Source: Thermoplasmata archaeon (GTDB taxonomy: Archaea > Thermoplasmatota > Thermoplasmata > Lutacidiplasmatales > UBA184). From it: a stretch of DNA of 64,000 nucleotides. The position numbers and the translations under genes are program-made. This document shows positions 9,153 through 18,517 of the stretch, one piece after another; the first letter of the stretch is position 1, and every line of letters begins with the position of its first letter. The notes beneath the pieces were generated by a model. The model was not told where the DNA came from and did not search any database. It saw nothing but the letters and a program-made list of their open reading frames with translations. The DNA is taken from the NCBI GenBank assembly GCA_022749935.1, contig JAKIWQ010000004.1, forward strand, positions 2,286 to 66,285, in the 5' to 3' direction.

Positions 9153-9560
9153 CTACTCGAGCGCGAACCGAGCGAGCTCGACCACGTCGTCCAAGCGGGG
9201 ATGCTCGTCGTCCGGCACGGGACCCGCCCCCCAGACGGCGACGATCGCTCCCCCCGGAAACGCCGGGTCCCGTCCGGCGTGGACCGCCCCGAGGGCGGAC
9301 GGCACCCCTCGGCGGTCGAGGGCCAGGAGGAGGACGAGCGCTCCCACGGGCCCCGAATCGACCATGACCCCTCCGTCCCGTTCCGAACCCCACTCCTCCA
9401 CGCGGGCCTGCTCGTCCCGGAGCCGGGCCATCCGACCCCGACGGGTCTTGGGTCGCGGCGGCGATCGGGGAGCGGGTGTCCACTCGATCCGTTGACCGGC
9501 GGAACGAAATCGACTCCGAAGTCCGGGATTCACGGGCAGGGGCGGGTCGTCGGCCGTCAT
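9153..9560 (-). CDS. Hypothetical protein (136 aa), translationally coupled to the upstream gene
   Basis: The ATG at 9560 overlaps the stop of the 9557..10444 gene (ATGA). No recognised motif. Confidence 0.4.
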   Translation of the reverse strand: MTADDPPLPVNPGLRSRFRSAGQRIEWTPAPRSPPRPKTRRGRMARLRDEQARVEEWGSERDGGVMVDSGPVGALVLLLALDRRGVPSALGAVHAGRDPAFPGGAIVAVWGAGPVPDDEHPRLDDVVELARFALE

Positions 9561-10444
9561 GCGGCCACTTTCCGCCCACGCCACAATCGGCAGTCGGGGC
9601 GAACGGAACAGGGTCCGCAGACCCGTAGGTCCCGCTCTTTCGGACAATCCCCCGAGATGCCGGTGTGGCAGAGGACGAAGTCGAATTTGATGGGGTCGAC
9701 CGGGTCGATGCGTCGGAGCGCCTCGCTCACCTCCTCTACCGCGGCCCAGGATCGGGTTCGGCGCGCCGTGAGTCCGAGGTTGTACGCGATCCAGTGGACG
9801 TGCTGGTCGAGGGGCACCCGCAAGTCGCCAGTCGGGACACGGCGCCAGAATCCCAGGTCGGGGTACCGTTCCCGGACCATCCATCGTACGAAGAGGGTCA
9901 TCCGTTTGCAAGGACTTCGGGGCTTCTCGAGGGGGCTGGGAAACAGAGCGAAGTACCCCGGCGGCGCCTTCCCCAAACGATCGCGGTGGTCGGCCCCTCG
10001 GAAGACTCGGGATAACCGGTCGAGCCCTCCGGGAAAACCGGCGGCCGAGTATCCTTCGAGGAACGACTCCTCGAGCGAGGCGTGGTGCGCGTAGTACTCC
10101 GCGAGGACCCGGGCGAGGTAGTCCACCTGGTCGCCGCGAATCCAGCGGTGGCGGAACGAGGAGAGGATCCGGGCGCGCTCCGGGGCGGGAGTGCGCAGCA
10201 ACCAGACCTCGGGGCGACCGGTCGTCCGCCCGAGGAGACGGGCGAGGGCTCCTCGGATGGCGGTCGTGTTCCCGATCGCGAGAGTGGCCGCCACGATCCC
10301 CAGCACCTCGGCCGAACGGACATCGTGGGCGAGGGGCCGGATCGAGGACAGGGGGTCGTCGGAGAGCGAGCGCTCGAACGGGAACTGTCGGTAGAGCGCC
10401 TCCAGATGGGAGGGGAGCTCCGGGGTCGGGCGGTGGGTTCGCAC
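9557..10444 (-). CDS. Conserved hypothetical protein with C-terminal Cys cluster resembling the EndoIII/MutY [4Fe-4S] loop; possible HhH-type DNA glycosylase-like (DUF2400/TIGR02757-like)
   Basis: The C-terminus is CHTGISGDC-x8-C-x2-C-x5-C. The segment LGIVAATLAIGNTTAIRGAL is HhH-like. The family assignment is from memory, not a database search. Confidence 0.45.
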   Translation of the reverse strand: MRTHRPTPELPSHLEALYRQFPFERSLSDDPLSSIRPLAHDVRSAEVLGIVAATLAIGNTTAIRGALARLLGRTTGRPEVWLLRTPAPERARILSSFRHRWIRGDQVDYLARVLAEYYAHHASLEESFLEGYSAAGFPGGLDRLSRVFRGADHRDRLGKAPPGYFALFPSPLEKPRSPCKRMTLFVRWMVRERYPDLGFWRRVPTGDLRVPLDQHVHWIAYNLGLTARRTRSWAAVEEVSEALRRIDPVDPIKFDFVLCHTGISGDCPKERDLRVCGPCSVRPDCRLWRGRKVAA

Positions 10445-10611
10445 GACCCGTGCGACCCGGTGAGCGGATTTACCCTAGCGCCGAACCGTGGAGGATTCTC
10501 GCGGAACCGATCGACCCCACTTCGGGTCGGTTCTCGAGGGAACTGACCCGATGATCATCGGAATGCAACCCCGGCCCGAGACGTAACTACCCCGTGTTGT
10601 CTTAGGGCGCC

Positions 10612-11409
10612 ATGCCGCCGCCGGACCTCGAGATCCGTCCGTCGATCGACCGGGAGTGGCTGGAAGGGGAGTCCCGGAAGGACCCGTTTCTTCATGCCTA
10701 CGCCCTCTGGGACCTCGACCAGTACCCGGACCGGGTCCGATTCGTCTCCGCGGTCCGGGGGACGGCCACGCTCGGATACCTGCTCGTCTGGCCCCTCGCG
10801 GGGGGAGGCACGGTGGTCCACTGGGTGGGGCCGGAGGGTGAGAGTGAGGCGCTGATCGAGCACCTCCCACCCCGTCCGCTCGTCGTCGTGTGCGCGGAAG
10901 GGGCCGGTCCCGCGGTGGAGCGCGCCCGGGGCCCGGCCGTCACTCACCCCTTGCTCCTCGAGGCGGCCCCCCCGGGGGCGCCCCCTCCCGCAGGACCGCT
11001 CGACGAGCGGGTGCGGCGACTCTCTTCGGCGGAGCGGCCCCTGCTGGACGTGTTTGCGCGTCGGCAGACCGACGCGATCGCGACGGGGTACGTGGGGACC
11101 GACCCCGGACAAGAGCCCGTGTGGGCCGGATTCCTCGAAGGGGAGATCGTCGCGCTCGCACGTCCGGCGGTGCGTCTCCCCCACCTCTGGTTTGTGGGCG
11201 GGGTGTACGTCGCGCCCGAGGTCCGCAACCAAGGTTGGGGACGGGCGGTCGTTCGGGCGGTCATGGTCGAGGCCACCCGGGCGGCGGCCCGATGCGCCCT
11301 CTACGTCCGCGAGGAAAGTGCTCCCGCCCGGGCCCTCTACGAGCGGCTCGGCTACCGACCCGTGGCGCGCCGCCTGATGGTGGACGCAGGGCTCCATCGA
11401 GTCCCATGA
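10612..11409 (+). CDS. GNAT-family N-acetyltransferase
   Basis: Motif A, VYVAPEVRNQGWGRAVV, is present. 265 aa. Confidence 0.72.
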   Translation: MPPPDLEIRPSIDREWLEGESRKDPFLHAYALWDLDQYPDRVRFVSAVRGTATLGYLLVWPLAGGGTVVHWVGPEGESEALIEHLPPRPLVVVCAEGAGPAVERARGPAVTHPLLLEAAPPGAPPPAGPLDERVRRLSSAERPLLDVFARRQTDAIATGYVGTDPGQEPVWAGFLEGEIVALARPAVRLPHLWFVGGVYVAPEVRNQGWGRAVVRAVMVEATRAAARCALYVREESAPARALYERLGYRPVARRLMVDAGLHRVP

Positions 11410-11454
11410 CCTCACGTAACAACTAAGGCCCGCCTCGTACGATGGGGCCGGGCC

Positions 11455-13116
11455 ATGCCGTCGAACACGGAGGCCGCCGAGATCTTCCGGGGGATTGCCG
11501 ACCTGCTGGACGTGATGGGCGAGCGGTTCAAGCCCGAGGCGTACCGAAGGGCCGCGCGGTCCCTCGAGAGCCTGACCGAGGACCTGTCGGCGGTCGCGGC
11601 CCGGGGGGAGCTCCGGTCGATCCCGGGCGTCGGCGAGGCGATCGAGGAGAAGCTCCGAGAGTACCTCGCCTCGGGAAAGATCGCCTACTACGATCGGCTC
11701 CGGTTGGAGGTCCCGCCCGGTGTGGCCGAGATGCTCGCGATCCCCGGACTCGGACCCAAGACCGCCCGACGTTTCTGGGTGGAACTCGGGATCGAGACCC
11801 CCGACGAACTTCTGGCGGCCCTCACGGCTGGCCGTCTCAGCGGCGTGAAGGGCTTCGGCGAGAAGAAGGTCGCGCAGATCCGAAGCGCCGTCGAGGGCCA
11901 CCGGGCGGGTCCGGCCGGGGCCCGGCTGCCGATCGAGGTGGCCTACCCGATCGCTCAGGCCCTCGTCCAGGGTCTCCGCGAACGGGCGGGAGCCGAGCAA
12001 ATCGAGGTCGCCGGCAGCTTCCGTCGGGGTCGGGAGACGGTCGGGGACCTCGACCTGCTGGTCACCTCGGTGGACCCGACCCGCGCGTTCGATGTCTTCT
12101 CCTCCCTGCCCGAGGTCCGGGAGGTCCGGCTGCGGGGGGCGACCAAGGAGACGGTCCTGCTCACGAACGGTCTGCAGGTCGACCTCCGTGTGGTCGAGCC
12201 GGCGGCGTTCGGGGCGGCCCTGCAGTACTTCACCGGCTCAAAGGACCACAACGTCATCGTCCGCTCGCTCGCCAAAGAGCGCGGCCTGCGCGTCAATGAG
12301 TACGGGGTGTACCGGGGCGATGAGCGGCTGGCCGGTCGCACCGAGGAGGAGGTCTACGCCGCGCTGGGGCTGGCGTGGATCCCTCCGGAGTTGCGCGAGG
12401 CTCGCGGGGAGGTCGACCTCGCCGCCCAGGGTCCTCTCCCTCCCCTCGTCTCGGAGTCGGCTCTTCGGGGCGACCTGCACGTGCACCTGGCCCCCGACGC
12501 GGAGGCGGCCTCCGTCGAGCCATTGGTCACATCGGCCCGTGCCCGGGGGTTGGCGTACCTGGGGCTCGTGGCGGAGGGGCTGGACGACCACGGACGGCCC
12601 TTCACCCTCCCTTCCAAGACCCAGGAGCGGCTGAGGAAGGCCGCGGGTCCGAAGCTACGCCTCCACCTCGTGCGAGAGGTCGACGTCCCGAGCGGCCCCA
12701 CCTCCGCAGGCCGAGAAGTGTTCGACTGGACCGTCCTCCGACCAACCTCCCGGGCGCCGAATCCTCCACCGGCCTCGGTCGGCCGGGCGTGGTCCCTCGC
12801 GGTGGTCGCCCACGTCGGGTCCCGCGATCCCGCCGGAGCAGAAGCGGCCCGGGCCTGGATCCAGTTCGCCCGGGCGGTTGGGACCGCCGTCGAAGTGGGA
12901 CCCGGACCGGAGCGACTCGACTCGACCTGGGCGCGGTCCGCCCTGGAAACGGGGTTGTCGCTGGCCCTGCCCACCGGCGTCGAGGAACCCACCGGTTCCC
13001 CGACGGGTCCGATCGCCCTTCGGTTCGCTCGCCGCGCCGGGGCGGGCCCCGGCCAAGTGCGAAATGCCGACCCGCACGCGCCGGTCAGCGGGGGCCGGAA
13101 GGCGGCCGCGGACTGA
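11455..13116 (+). CDS. polX: DNA polymerase X family protein (Pol beta-like) with C-terminal PHP-like domain
   Basis: HhH motifs IPGVGEAI and IPGLGPKTA. Nucleotidyltransferase motif GSFRRGRETVGDLDLLV. PHP-type GDLHVHL follows. Confidence 0.85.
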   Translation: MPSNTEAAEIFRGIADLLDVMGERFKPEAYRRAARSLESLTEDLSAVAARGELRSIPGVGEAIEEKLREYLASGKIAYYDRLRLEVPPGVAEMLAIPGLGPKTARRFWVELGIETPDELLAALTAGRLSGVKGFGEKKVAQIRSAVEGHRAGPAGARLPIEVAYPIAQALVQGLRERAGAEQIEVAGSFRRGRETVGDLDLLVTSVDPTRAFDVFSSLPEVREVRLRGATKETVLLTNGLQVDLRVVEPAAFGAALQYFTGSKDHNVIVRSLAKERGLRVNEYGVYRGDERLAGRTEEEVYAALGLAWIPPELREARGEVDLAAQGPLPPLVSESALRGDLHVHLAPDAEAASVEPLVTSARARGLAYLGLVAEGLDDHGRPFTLPSKTQERLRKAAGPKLRLHLVREVDVPSGPTSAGREVFDWTVLRPTSRAPNPPPASVGRAWSLAVVAHVGSRDPAGAEAARAWIQFARAVGTAVEVGPGPERLDSTWARSALETGLSLALPTGVEEPTGSPTGPIALRFARRAGAGPGQVRNADPHAPVSGGRKAAAD

Positions 13117-13438
13117 GGGAGGGCGCCCCGCTCCGGCCCCCCGAAATGGAGGAGGGCGCACTCAGGCCCCGGGCCAGACAGCTGGTGCAACAATGGGCCG
13201 CGGGGGTCAGCCCGTGTTTCCAATAGCAGTTGGTGCACAGGGTCCGGCCACAACCCCAGCACAGAGGCGGGGCCGCCCGCGCGGTCACGGGGGCCGAGCA
13301 GTTGACACAGGCCCGTCCGGAACTGGGGGACGGCCGGAAGACGGGAGGCTCGGGGTACCGTGCCGTGGGTCCCGCGCCGGGGCGGGCGAGGCGCACCGGC
13401 GGCTCCGGAGCCTGGACGGGTCGGGGTACCCCGGTCAC
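13085..13438 (-). CDS. Possible small Cys-rich zinc-finger protein (CVNC...CWGC...CTNC...CCTSC)
   Basis: Part of ORF 13085..13576. A GTG at 13438 lies ~25-30 nt downstream of TATA-like ggctaaaaagg (complement of 13461-13471). Its tail overlaps the polX 3-prime end. No homology anchor. Confidence 0.2.
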   Translation of the reverse strand: MTGVPRPVQAPEPPVRLARPGAGPTARYPEPPVFRPSPSSGRACVNCSAPVTARAAPPLCWGCGRTLCTNCYWKHGLTPAAHCCTSCLARGLSAPSSISGGRSGAPSLSPRPPSGPR

Positions 13439-13539
13439 GAGGAGAACGCAGCCGAGGCCCCTTTTTAGCCTATGTCCCGGGGGCGACCCGCTGCGAATGG
13501 ACGTCGAAATAGATGTAGACCGACCCCGAGGCGCGAGGT

Positions 13540-13884
13540 GTGTCGCCGGGAGCTTCCCGCCGCATGCGACCCGCACGGAGCGAGGTCACGGGACCCCCCC
13601 GACGCTCGAATGCGGCCATCCCGGTGGCCGTCGTCCTGGTCGCGGTCGGGATCTACCTGGCCCGATTCACGGTACTCCTGCCCGCCCTGATCGGGTTCCT
13701 CCTGCTGTGCGCCGGCGGCTCCTTCCTCTCCGCGCGGCTGAACCCGCTCAGCACCCAGTTCTACCTCACGACCAAACCGTCCTGGGTCGCGGTCCTCGTG
13801 GTCTTCCTCGGGTCGTTCGCGCTCTTCGGGGCGGCCTACCTCCTCTACCTCCACCATCTCGGGCCGATCGTTCCTCGCCTCTAG
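13540..13884 (+). CDS. Small membrane protein (3 predicted TM helices), unknown function
   Basis: Hydrophobic segments AIPVAVVLVAVGIYLA, LLPALIGFLLLCAGG and VAVLVVFLGSFALFGAAYLL. An alternative ATG is at 13561. Confidence 0.4.
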   Translation: MSPGASRRMRPARSEVTGPPRRSNAAIPVAVVLVAVGIYLARFTVLLPALIGFLLLCAGGSFLSARLNPLSTQFYLTTKPSWVAVLVVFLGSFALFGAAYLLYLHHLGPIVPRL

Positions 13885-13899
13885 GGGCGGGGATTCCGC

Positions 13900-14805
13900 C
13901 TAGGAGGCGACCATCCGCTCGAGCGCGAGCCGAGCGCGGGCGGCGATCTCGGGGGGCACGTCGATGACGTGCTGGCCCAAGAGCAGAGAATCCCGAACGT
14001 CCGTGAGGTCGATCTGCTTCATGAACGGACAGACCGTCCCCTCGTCCAGCGGCGTGAACTTGGTGGTCGGGTTCAGTTGGCGCATCCGGTGCAGGATCCC
14101 GACCTCGGTCGCGACCAGTACCTCCGGAGCCCGAGTCTCCTCGGCGAACCGGACCATCCCGTCGGTCGACAGGACGTGGTCGACATGGGGGAGGACCTGG
14201 CTTGCGCACCCGCATTCCGGATGGGCGAGGACCGGCGCCCCCGGATGCTCGGCCCGGGCGCGGAGGAGGTCCTCCGGGCGCATCTTGGCGTGGACCGGAC
14301 AATCGCCGACCCAGAGGTGCATCTTCCGACCGGTCTTCCGGCGGACGTAGTCGCCGAGGAACATGTCAGGGAGGAACAGGATCTCCCGGTCCGCCGGGAT
14401 CCCGCTCACGACCTTGATCGCGTTCGAACTCGTGCAGCAGTAGTCGGCCTCGGCTTTGACCTCGGCCGACGTGTTGATGTAGGCCACGACGACCGCCGCC
14501 GGATGCTGGGCCTTCCAATCCCGGAGCAGGTCGGCCGTGATCGAATCGGCGAGACCGCAGCCGGCTTTCAGGTCCGGGAGGAGGACCGTGCGACTCGGGT
14601 TCAGGATCTTCGCGGTCTCCGCCATGAAGCGTACCCCGGCGAAGACGATGACCGGCCGGTCGGTCTCCATCGCCTTTCGGGAGAGATAGAGCGAGTCCCC
14701 GACAAAGTCGGCGACGTCCTGGACTTCCGGACGCTGGTAGTTGTGCGCCAGGAGGACCGCGTGCCGGTCGTCCTTCAGCTGACGGACCTCGGCCTCGAGC
14801 GACAA
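13900..14805 (-). CDS. nadA: Quinolinate synthase A
   Basis: 301 aa. Conserved Cys residues match the NadA FeS ligands. The N-terminus LLAHNYQRPEVQDVADFVGDSL is characteristic. Confidence 0.9.
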   Translation of the reverse strand: MSLEAEVRQLKDDRHAVLLAHNYQRPEVQDVADFVGDSLYLSRKAMETDRPVIVFAGVRFMAETAKILNPSRTVLLPDLKAGCGLADSITADLLRDWKAQHPAAVVVAYINTSAEVKAEADYCCTSSNAIKVVSGIPADREILFLPDMFLGDYVRRKTGRKMHLWVGDCPVHAKMRPEDLLRARAEHPGAPVLAHPECGCASQVLPHVDHVLSTDGMVRFAEETRAPEVLVATEVGILHRMRQLNPTTKFTPLDEGTVCPFMKQIDLTDVRDSLLLGQHVIDVPPEIAARARLALERMVAS

Positions 14806-14823
14806 TGCCCACCTCCGTCGCGT

Positions 14824-15720
14824 CTAGGGGCGGAGGTGACTTAAGCGGACGGGCCGAAGTCGGAGGTGGAACGGCAACGCTGGCGCCGAATGGGTCAAGG
14901 AGCCGAGGCTCACCGCGTTCGCGCCCACCCGTCGGTACCGAGCCACCGTCTCCGGCGTGATCCCCCCGGAGAGCTCGATCCATCGACTCGCGCGGAGCCC
15001 TGCAGCCTCGAGGGCACGGACGATGGCGCGGGCCCGGGTCGGCGACGCGTTATCGATGAGCAGGGCGTTCGCGCCGGCGCGGGCGGCCCGCAGCGCTTCC
15101 CCCTGGGTGCGAACCTCGACCTCGACCCGTTCGCCGATGGGGGCCCGGCCCCGTACCCGAGCGATCGCCGTCTCGAGCGGAACGAGGGCGAGATGATTCG
15201 ACTTGATCAGGAGGCCGTCGGAGAGGTCCCTCCGGTGCGAGTGTCCGCCCCCGTGCGATACCGCCGCTTTCTCGAGGTCCCGGAGCCCCGGCAGGGTCTT
15301 TCGAGTCGCCCAAATTTCGAGGTTCGGCCGGGTCCCGCGCGTGCCCCGCACGGCGCGCGCGGTCGCGGTCGCGACCCCACTGGCATGCATCAGGAGGTTG
15401 AGGATCGAACGCTCCGCCGCGAGGATCGCGCGGGCATCCCCCTCGAGCGTGAGGACAACGTCGCCCGGTCGCACGGTCGCCCCGTCCCGGAGACGGCCAC
15501 CGGTCCGAAGCCTCGCGGAGGCGGCCACCGCCCGGGCGGCTTCCAGGCCGGAGAGAACGCCCCGGGCCTGTACGACGACGTCGGCCGTGGCCGGAACGCG
15601 GACGGGAAGGAGGGATCGGGTGGTCCGGTCGTGGCCGGCCCGGTCCTCTCCGAGCGTCGTCCGCGCGAGCGAGCGGTACGAAGTCGGGGCGACCCGACCG
15701 GATCTACTGGGCCGCCCCAT
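14824..15720 (-). CDS. nadC: Nicotinate-nucleotide pyrophosphorylase (quinolinate phosphoribosyltransferase)
   Basis: Motifs LGEDRAGHDRTT, RKTLPGLR and LIKSNH match NadC. It lies directly downstream of nadA. Confidence 0.85.
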   Translation of the reverse strand: MGRPSRSGRVAPTSYRSLARTTLGEDRAGHDRTTRSLLPVRVPATADVVVQARGVLSGLEAARAVAASARLRTGGRLRDGATVRPGDVVLTLEGDARAILAAERSILNLLMHASGVATATARAVRGTRGTRPNLEIWATRKTLPGLRDLEKAAVSHGGGHSHRRDLSDGLLIKSNHLALVPLETAIARVRGRAPIGERVEVEVRTQGEALRAARAGANALLIDNASPTRARAIVRALEAAGLRASRWIELSGGITPETVARYRRVGANAVSLGSLTHSAPALPFHLRLRPVRLSHLRP

Positions 15721-18118
15721 CGGCCCCCTCCTTCGCCGCGAGGGTGCTCTTCAACCGCTCGAACTCCACCGCCAGGTCGGGCCGGAGGGTCGAGATGTGG
15801 TTCCGCTCGAGCTCGACGACCCGACGGCGGGCGCTCGCCCGGTCCCCCCGCGCGTAGGAGAGCTGGGCCAGCCGTAGGACGACGTCGACCTCGTCGGCCG
15901 GGGCCTTCAGCTCCCGGACGAGCCGGTACGCGTCGAGCAGTTCGACCTCCGCCCGTTCGTACTCCCCGCGGTCGGTGAGGATCTTCCCCTGGACGATGAT
16001 CGCGTTGACGAGACCGAACCGGTCCCCGATCCGTTCGAGGATCTCCCGGGAGCGACCGTTCTGTTCGGCCGCCTCCTCGATCTGACCCATCTCGCGCAGC
16101 ACATCGGCGGTGTTGAACAGCGCCCACGCGACGCGCCGGGGGTCCCGGGCCTTCTCGCCGAGCCGCATCGCCTCGCCGAACTCCCGGATCGACTCGGCGT
16201 ACCGGGGCGGAGTCGCCGGGAGTCCGGCGATGACCACGCCCACGAACAAGTGCGCGTACGCGGCTTCGTGCGCGTCCCCGAGCCCTTCGAGCGTCGTCGC
16301 GGCCTTCCGCGCGTCCGCGAGCGCGCTCTCCTCCTGTCCCATCATGGCCAGGACGTTCGCGCGTCGAACCTCGCCGAGGGCCCGGGCCCGTACGTTCCCG
16401 GTGGCGTCGGCGAGCCGCAACTCTTCGTTGTGCTCGGCGAGGGCATCAGGGTAGCGACCCGCGTAGTAGAGCGCCTCGCCGCGGAGGCGGTGGGTCGCCA
16501 TGAGGACCGTAGGGTGCGGCTCCAGAAGGGCGGCGTTCTGGGGGTCGAGGATCTTGGCGATCGTCTGCTCGGCCTCGGGCCACTCACCCCGGTCGGTGAG
16601 GATCCGGGCGAGGTAGAGCTCGGTGAGCGCATAGACCGCCGGGGAGACCCGGGCCTTGAGGTCCCGGCGGGCGAGATGGTGGCGCATGATCTTCTCGGCC
16701 TCTTCCAGTCGCCCGACCCGGTCGACCTGCTGGGCGAGCTCGATGACGAGCTCCGTCTCGCCCTCCCAGTCGTCCGGCTTCAACCGTCGGTGGCTCTCCA
16801 GCGCCCGCTCCAAATGCTCAGCCGCCACCTCGGGCGCATCGGCCCGGAGGGCGACCTCGGCGGCGGTTCGATTGTACATGATTGCCTTTTCGTCCACCTT
16901 TCCGAGGTGGTAGTGTCGGGCGAGCGCGTAGATGGTCGGGAGGTCCGCGCTGCCGGTCGCCTCGAGGGCCTCTCCGACCCGCCGGTGCAAGAGGCGGCGA
17001 CGGCTCTCGTTCAGGTCCTCGTACACCCGGGCGCGGACCCGCTCGTCGGCGAACGCGAGGTGCTCGCCCGGGCGTTCGAGGAAGACCCCCGAGCCGACCA
17101 GCCGGTCGACGGCCTCGGCGAGCGTCTCCTCGTCTTCGCCGCTCGCCCGAAGGAGGAGGGCGAACGAGAACTCGGGACCGAGGACGGAGCCCGCGGCCGC
17201 GACCCGGCCCGCGATCTCGTCGAGCGCCGGCACGGTCACCCGAGCCGACGGGTCCCGTGCCCCGGCGGGGGCGGGCGCGCGCGAGGGCTCGAGCCGTCGC
17301 TCGAGCTGTTCGAGCAGCAACGGGTTCCCGCCGCTCTCGGAGAATCGGCGAGCGACCTCTTCCGCGGTGAAGACCCGGTTCGGGTCCCGGCGGAACAGAT
17401 ACTCCGCCACCTCGGTCGAGTTCATCGGTCGGAGCACGATCCGCTCGGCGTGCGTGGCCGCCTCGTAGGCCTCGATACGACGCCGGCTCCCCTCGGGAAG
17501 GGATTGCGGGGAACGGATGGTCGCGAGGATCCACAGCGGCCGGTTCTGGAACTGGCCCGCGAGGAATTCGAGCGCCCCGAGGGAGGTCTCGTCGGCCCGG
17601 TGGAGGTCCTCGAGGACGAGCACCGTGGGCCCCCGTCGCGTGAACTCGAGGAACTGGGCCGCGATCCCGTTGAGGAGGGAGAGCCGGCCGGCCGAACCCC
17701 GATCGTCGGCCGAGTTGAGGGCGTCCAGCAACCGGTCCTCGATCTGCACCGGGGCGGCGAACGCCCCATCGTCCAACCGGGGGGCGAACCCGATCAAGAA
17801 CCCCTCCGGGGCGCCTCCGGGCCCGGCGGCGGCGGTCGGCGCCTCCACCCCTCGGGCGCTCTCGATCGCGGCCCGGATGAGCGCAAACGGGGGTGGGGCG
17901 TCCAGCGGAGCCGCTCGGCCTTCGAGGACCCAGACACCCCGTTCGCGAATGGTCCGGACCAGGTCCTTCACCAGTTCGCTCTTGCCGACGCCGGTGTCGC
18001 CGACCAGGAGGGTGACCCCTCCGTGGCCGGCGCGTGCGTCCTCGAATCTTCGGTGAAGCGCCTCGACGGCCTCCACCCGGCCGACGAACGCCAGGCCGTT
18101 CCCGGGATCGGCCGACAT
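15704..18118 (-). CDS. STAND-class P-loop NTPase (AAA_16-like) with C-terminal TPR repeats; signal-transduction ATPase
   Basis: Walker A GDTGVGKSELV and Walker B VLVLEDLHRAD. More than 10 TPR-like helical repeats in the C-terminal half. An ATG at 18118 (MSADPG) sits ~30 nt downstream of TATA gcgtaaatac. Confidence 0.78.
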   Translation of the reverse strand: MSADPGNGLAFVGRVEAVEALHRRFEDARAGHGGVTLLVGDTGVGKSELVKDLVRTIRERGVWVLEGRAAPLDAPPPFALIRAAIESARGVEAPTAAAGPGGAPEGFLIGFAPRLDDGAFAAPVQIEDRLLDALNSADDRGSAGRLSLLNGIAAQFLEFTRRGPTVLVLEDLHRADETSLGALEFLAGQFQNRPLWILATIRSPQSLPEGSRRRIEAYEAATHAERIVLRPMNSTEVAEYLFRRDPNRVFTAEEVARRFSESGGNPLLLEQLERRLEPSRAPAPAGARDPSARVTVPALDEIAGRVAAAGSVLGPEFSFALLLRASGEDEETLAEAVDRLVGSGVFLERPGEHLAFADERVRARVYEDLNESRRRLLHRRVGEALEATGSADLPTIYALARHYHLGKVDEKAIMYNRTAAEVALRADAPEVAAEHLERALESHRRLKPDDWEGETELVIELAQQVDRVGRLEEAEKIMRHHLARRDLKARVSPAVYALTELYLARILTDRGEWPEAEQTIAKILDPQNAALLEPHPTVLMATHRLRGEALYYAGRYPDALAEHNEELRLADATGNVRARALGEVRRANVLAMMGQEESALADARKAATTLEGLGDAHEAAYAHLFVGVVIAGLPATPPRYAESIREFGEAMRLGEKARDPRRVAWALFNTADVLREMGQIEEAAEQNGRSREILERIGDRFGLVNAIIVQGKILTDRGEYERAEVELLDAYRLVRELKAPADEVDVVLRLAQLSYARGDRASARRRVVELERNHISTLRPDLAVEFERLKSTLAAKEGADGAAQ

Positions 18119-18517
18119 CACTCTAGGGCAGAGTGGGGGGGTCCGAGTATTTACGCTCGCGCAGCGAGAACGCTCCGTCGCCGGTCCGTTCGAACTCTCG
18201 GAGCGTCTCGCGAACTCCGACGGTGGCTGCGACGGCCTGGAGGCCGGCACGTCGTCGCCCCGCCCGTCGGTCCGAACGGTGCGTCCTCGGCCCCCTGCGG
18301 TCCAGGCTCCGACCGCCGACCGATCCGGCCCGGAACCAACGGGGTTGGGCCACGGGGTACGAGCAGGGTTCTTCCGACGATCTTAGCGTCAGTGCTCCGG
18401 GTCGACGGGCGAACTCCTCCCGCCGTATGACGGCCGGCCGGGGTACCCGCCACCCCCTTTCGAAGGCCGCCGATAGACGGGTCGTCCGATATATCGAGCC
18501 CCTGGCATGCCCGGCCG

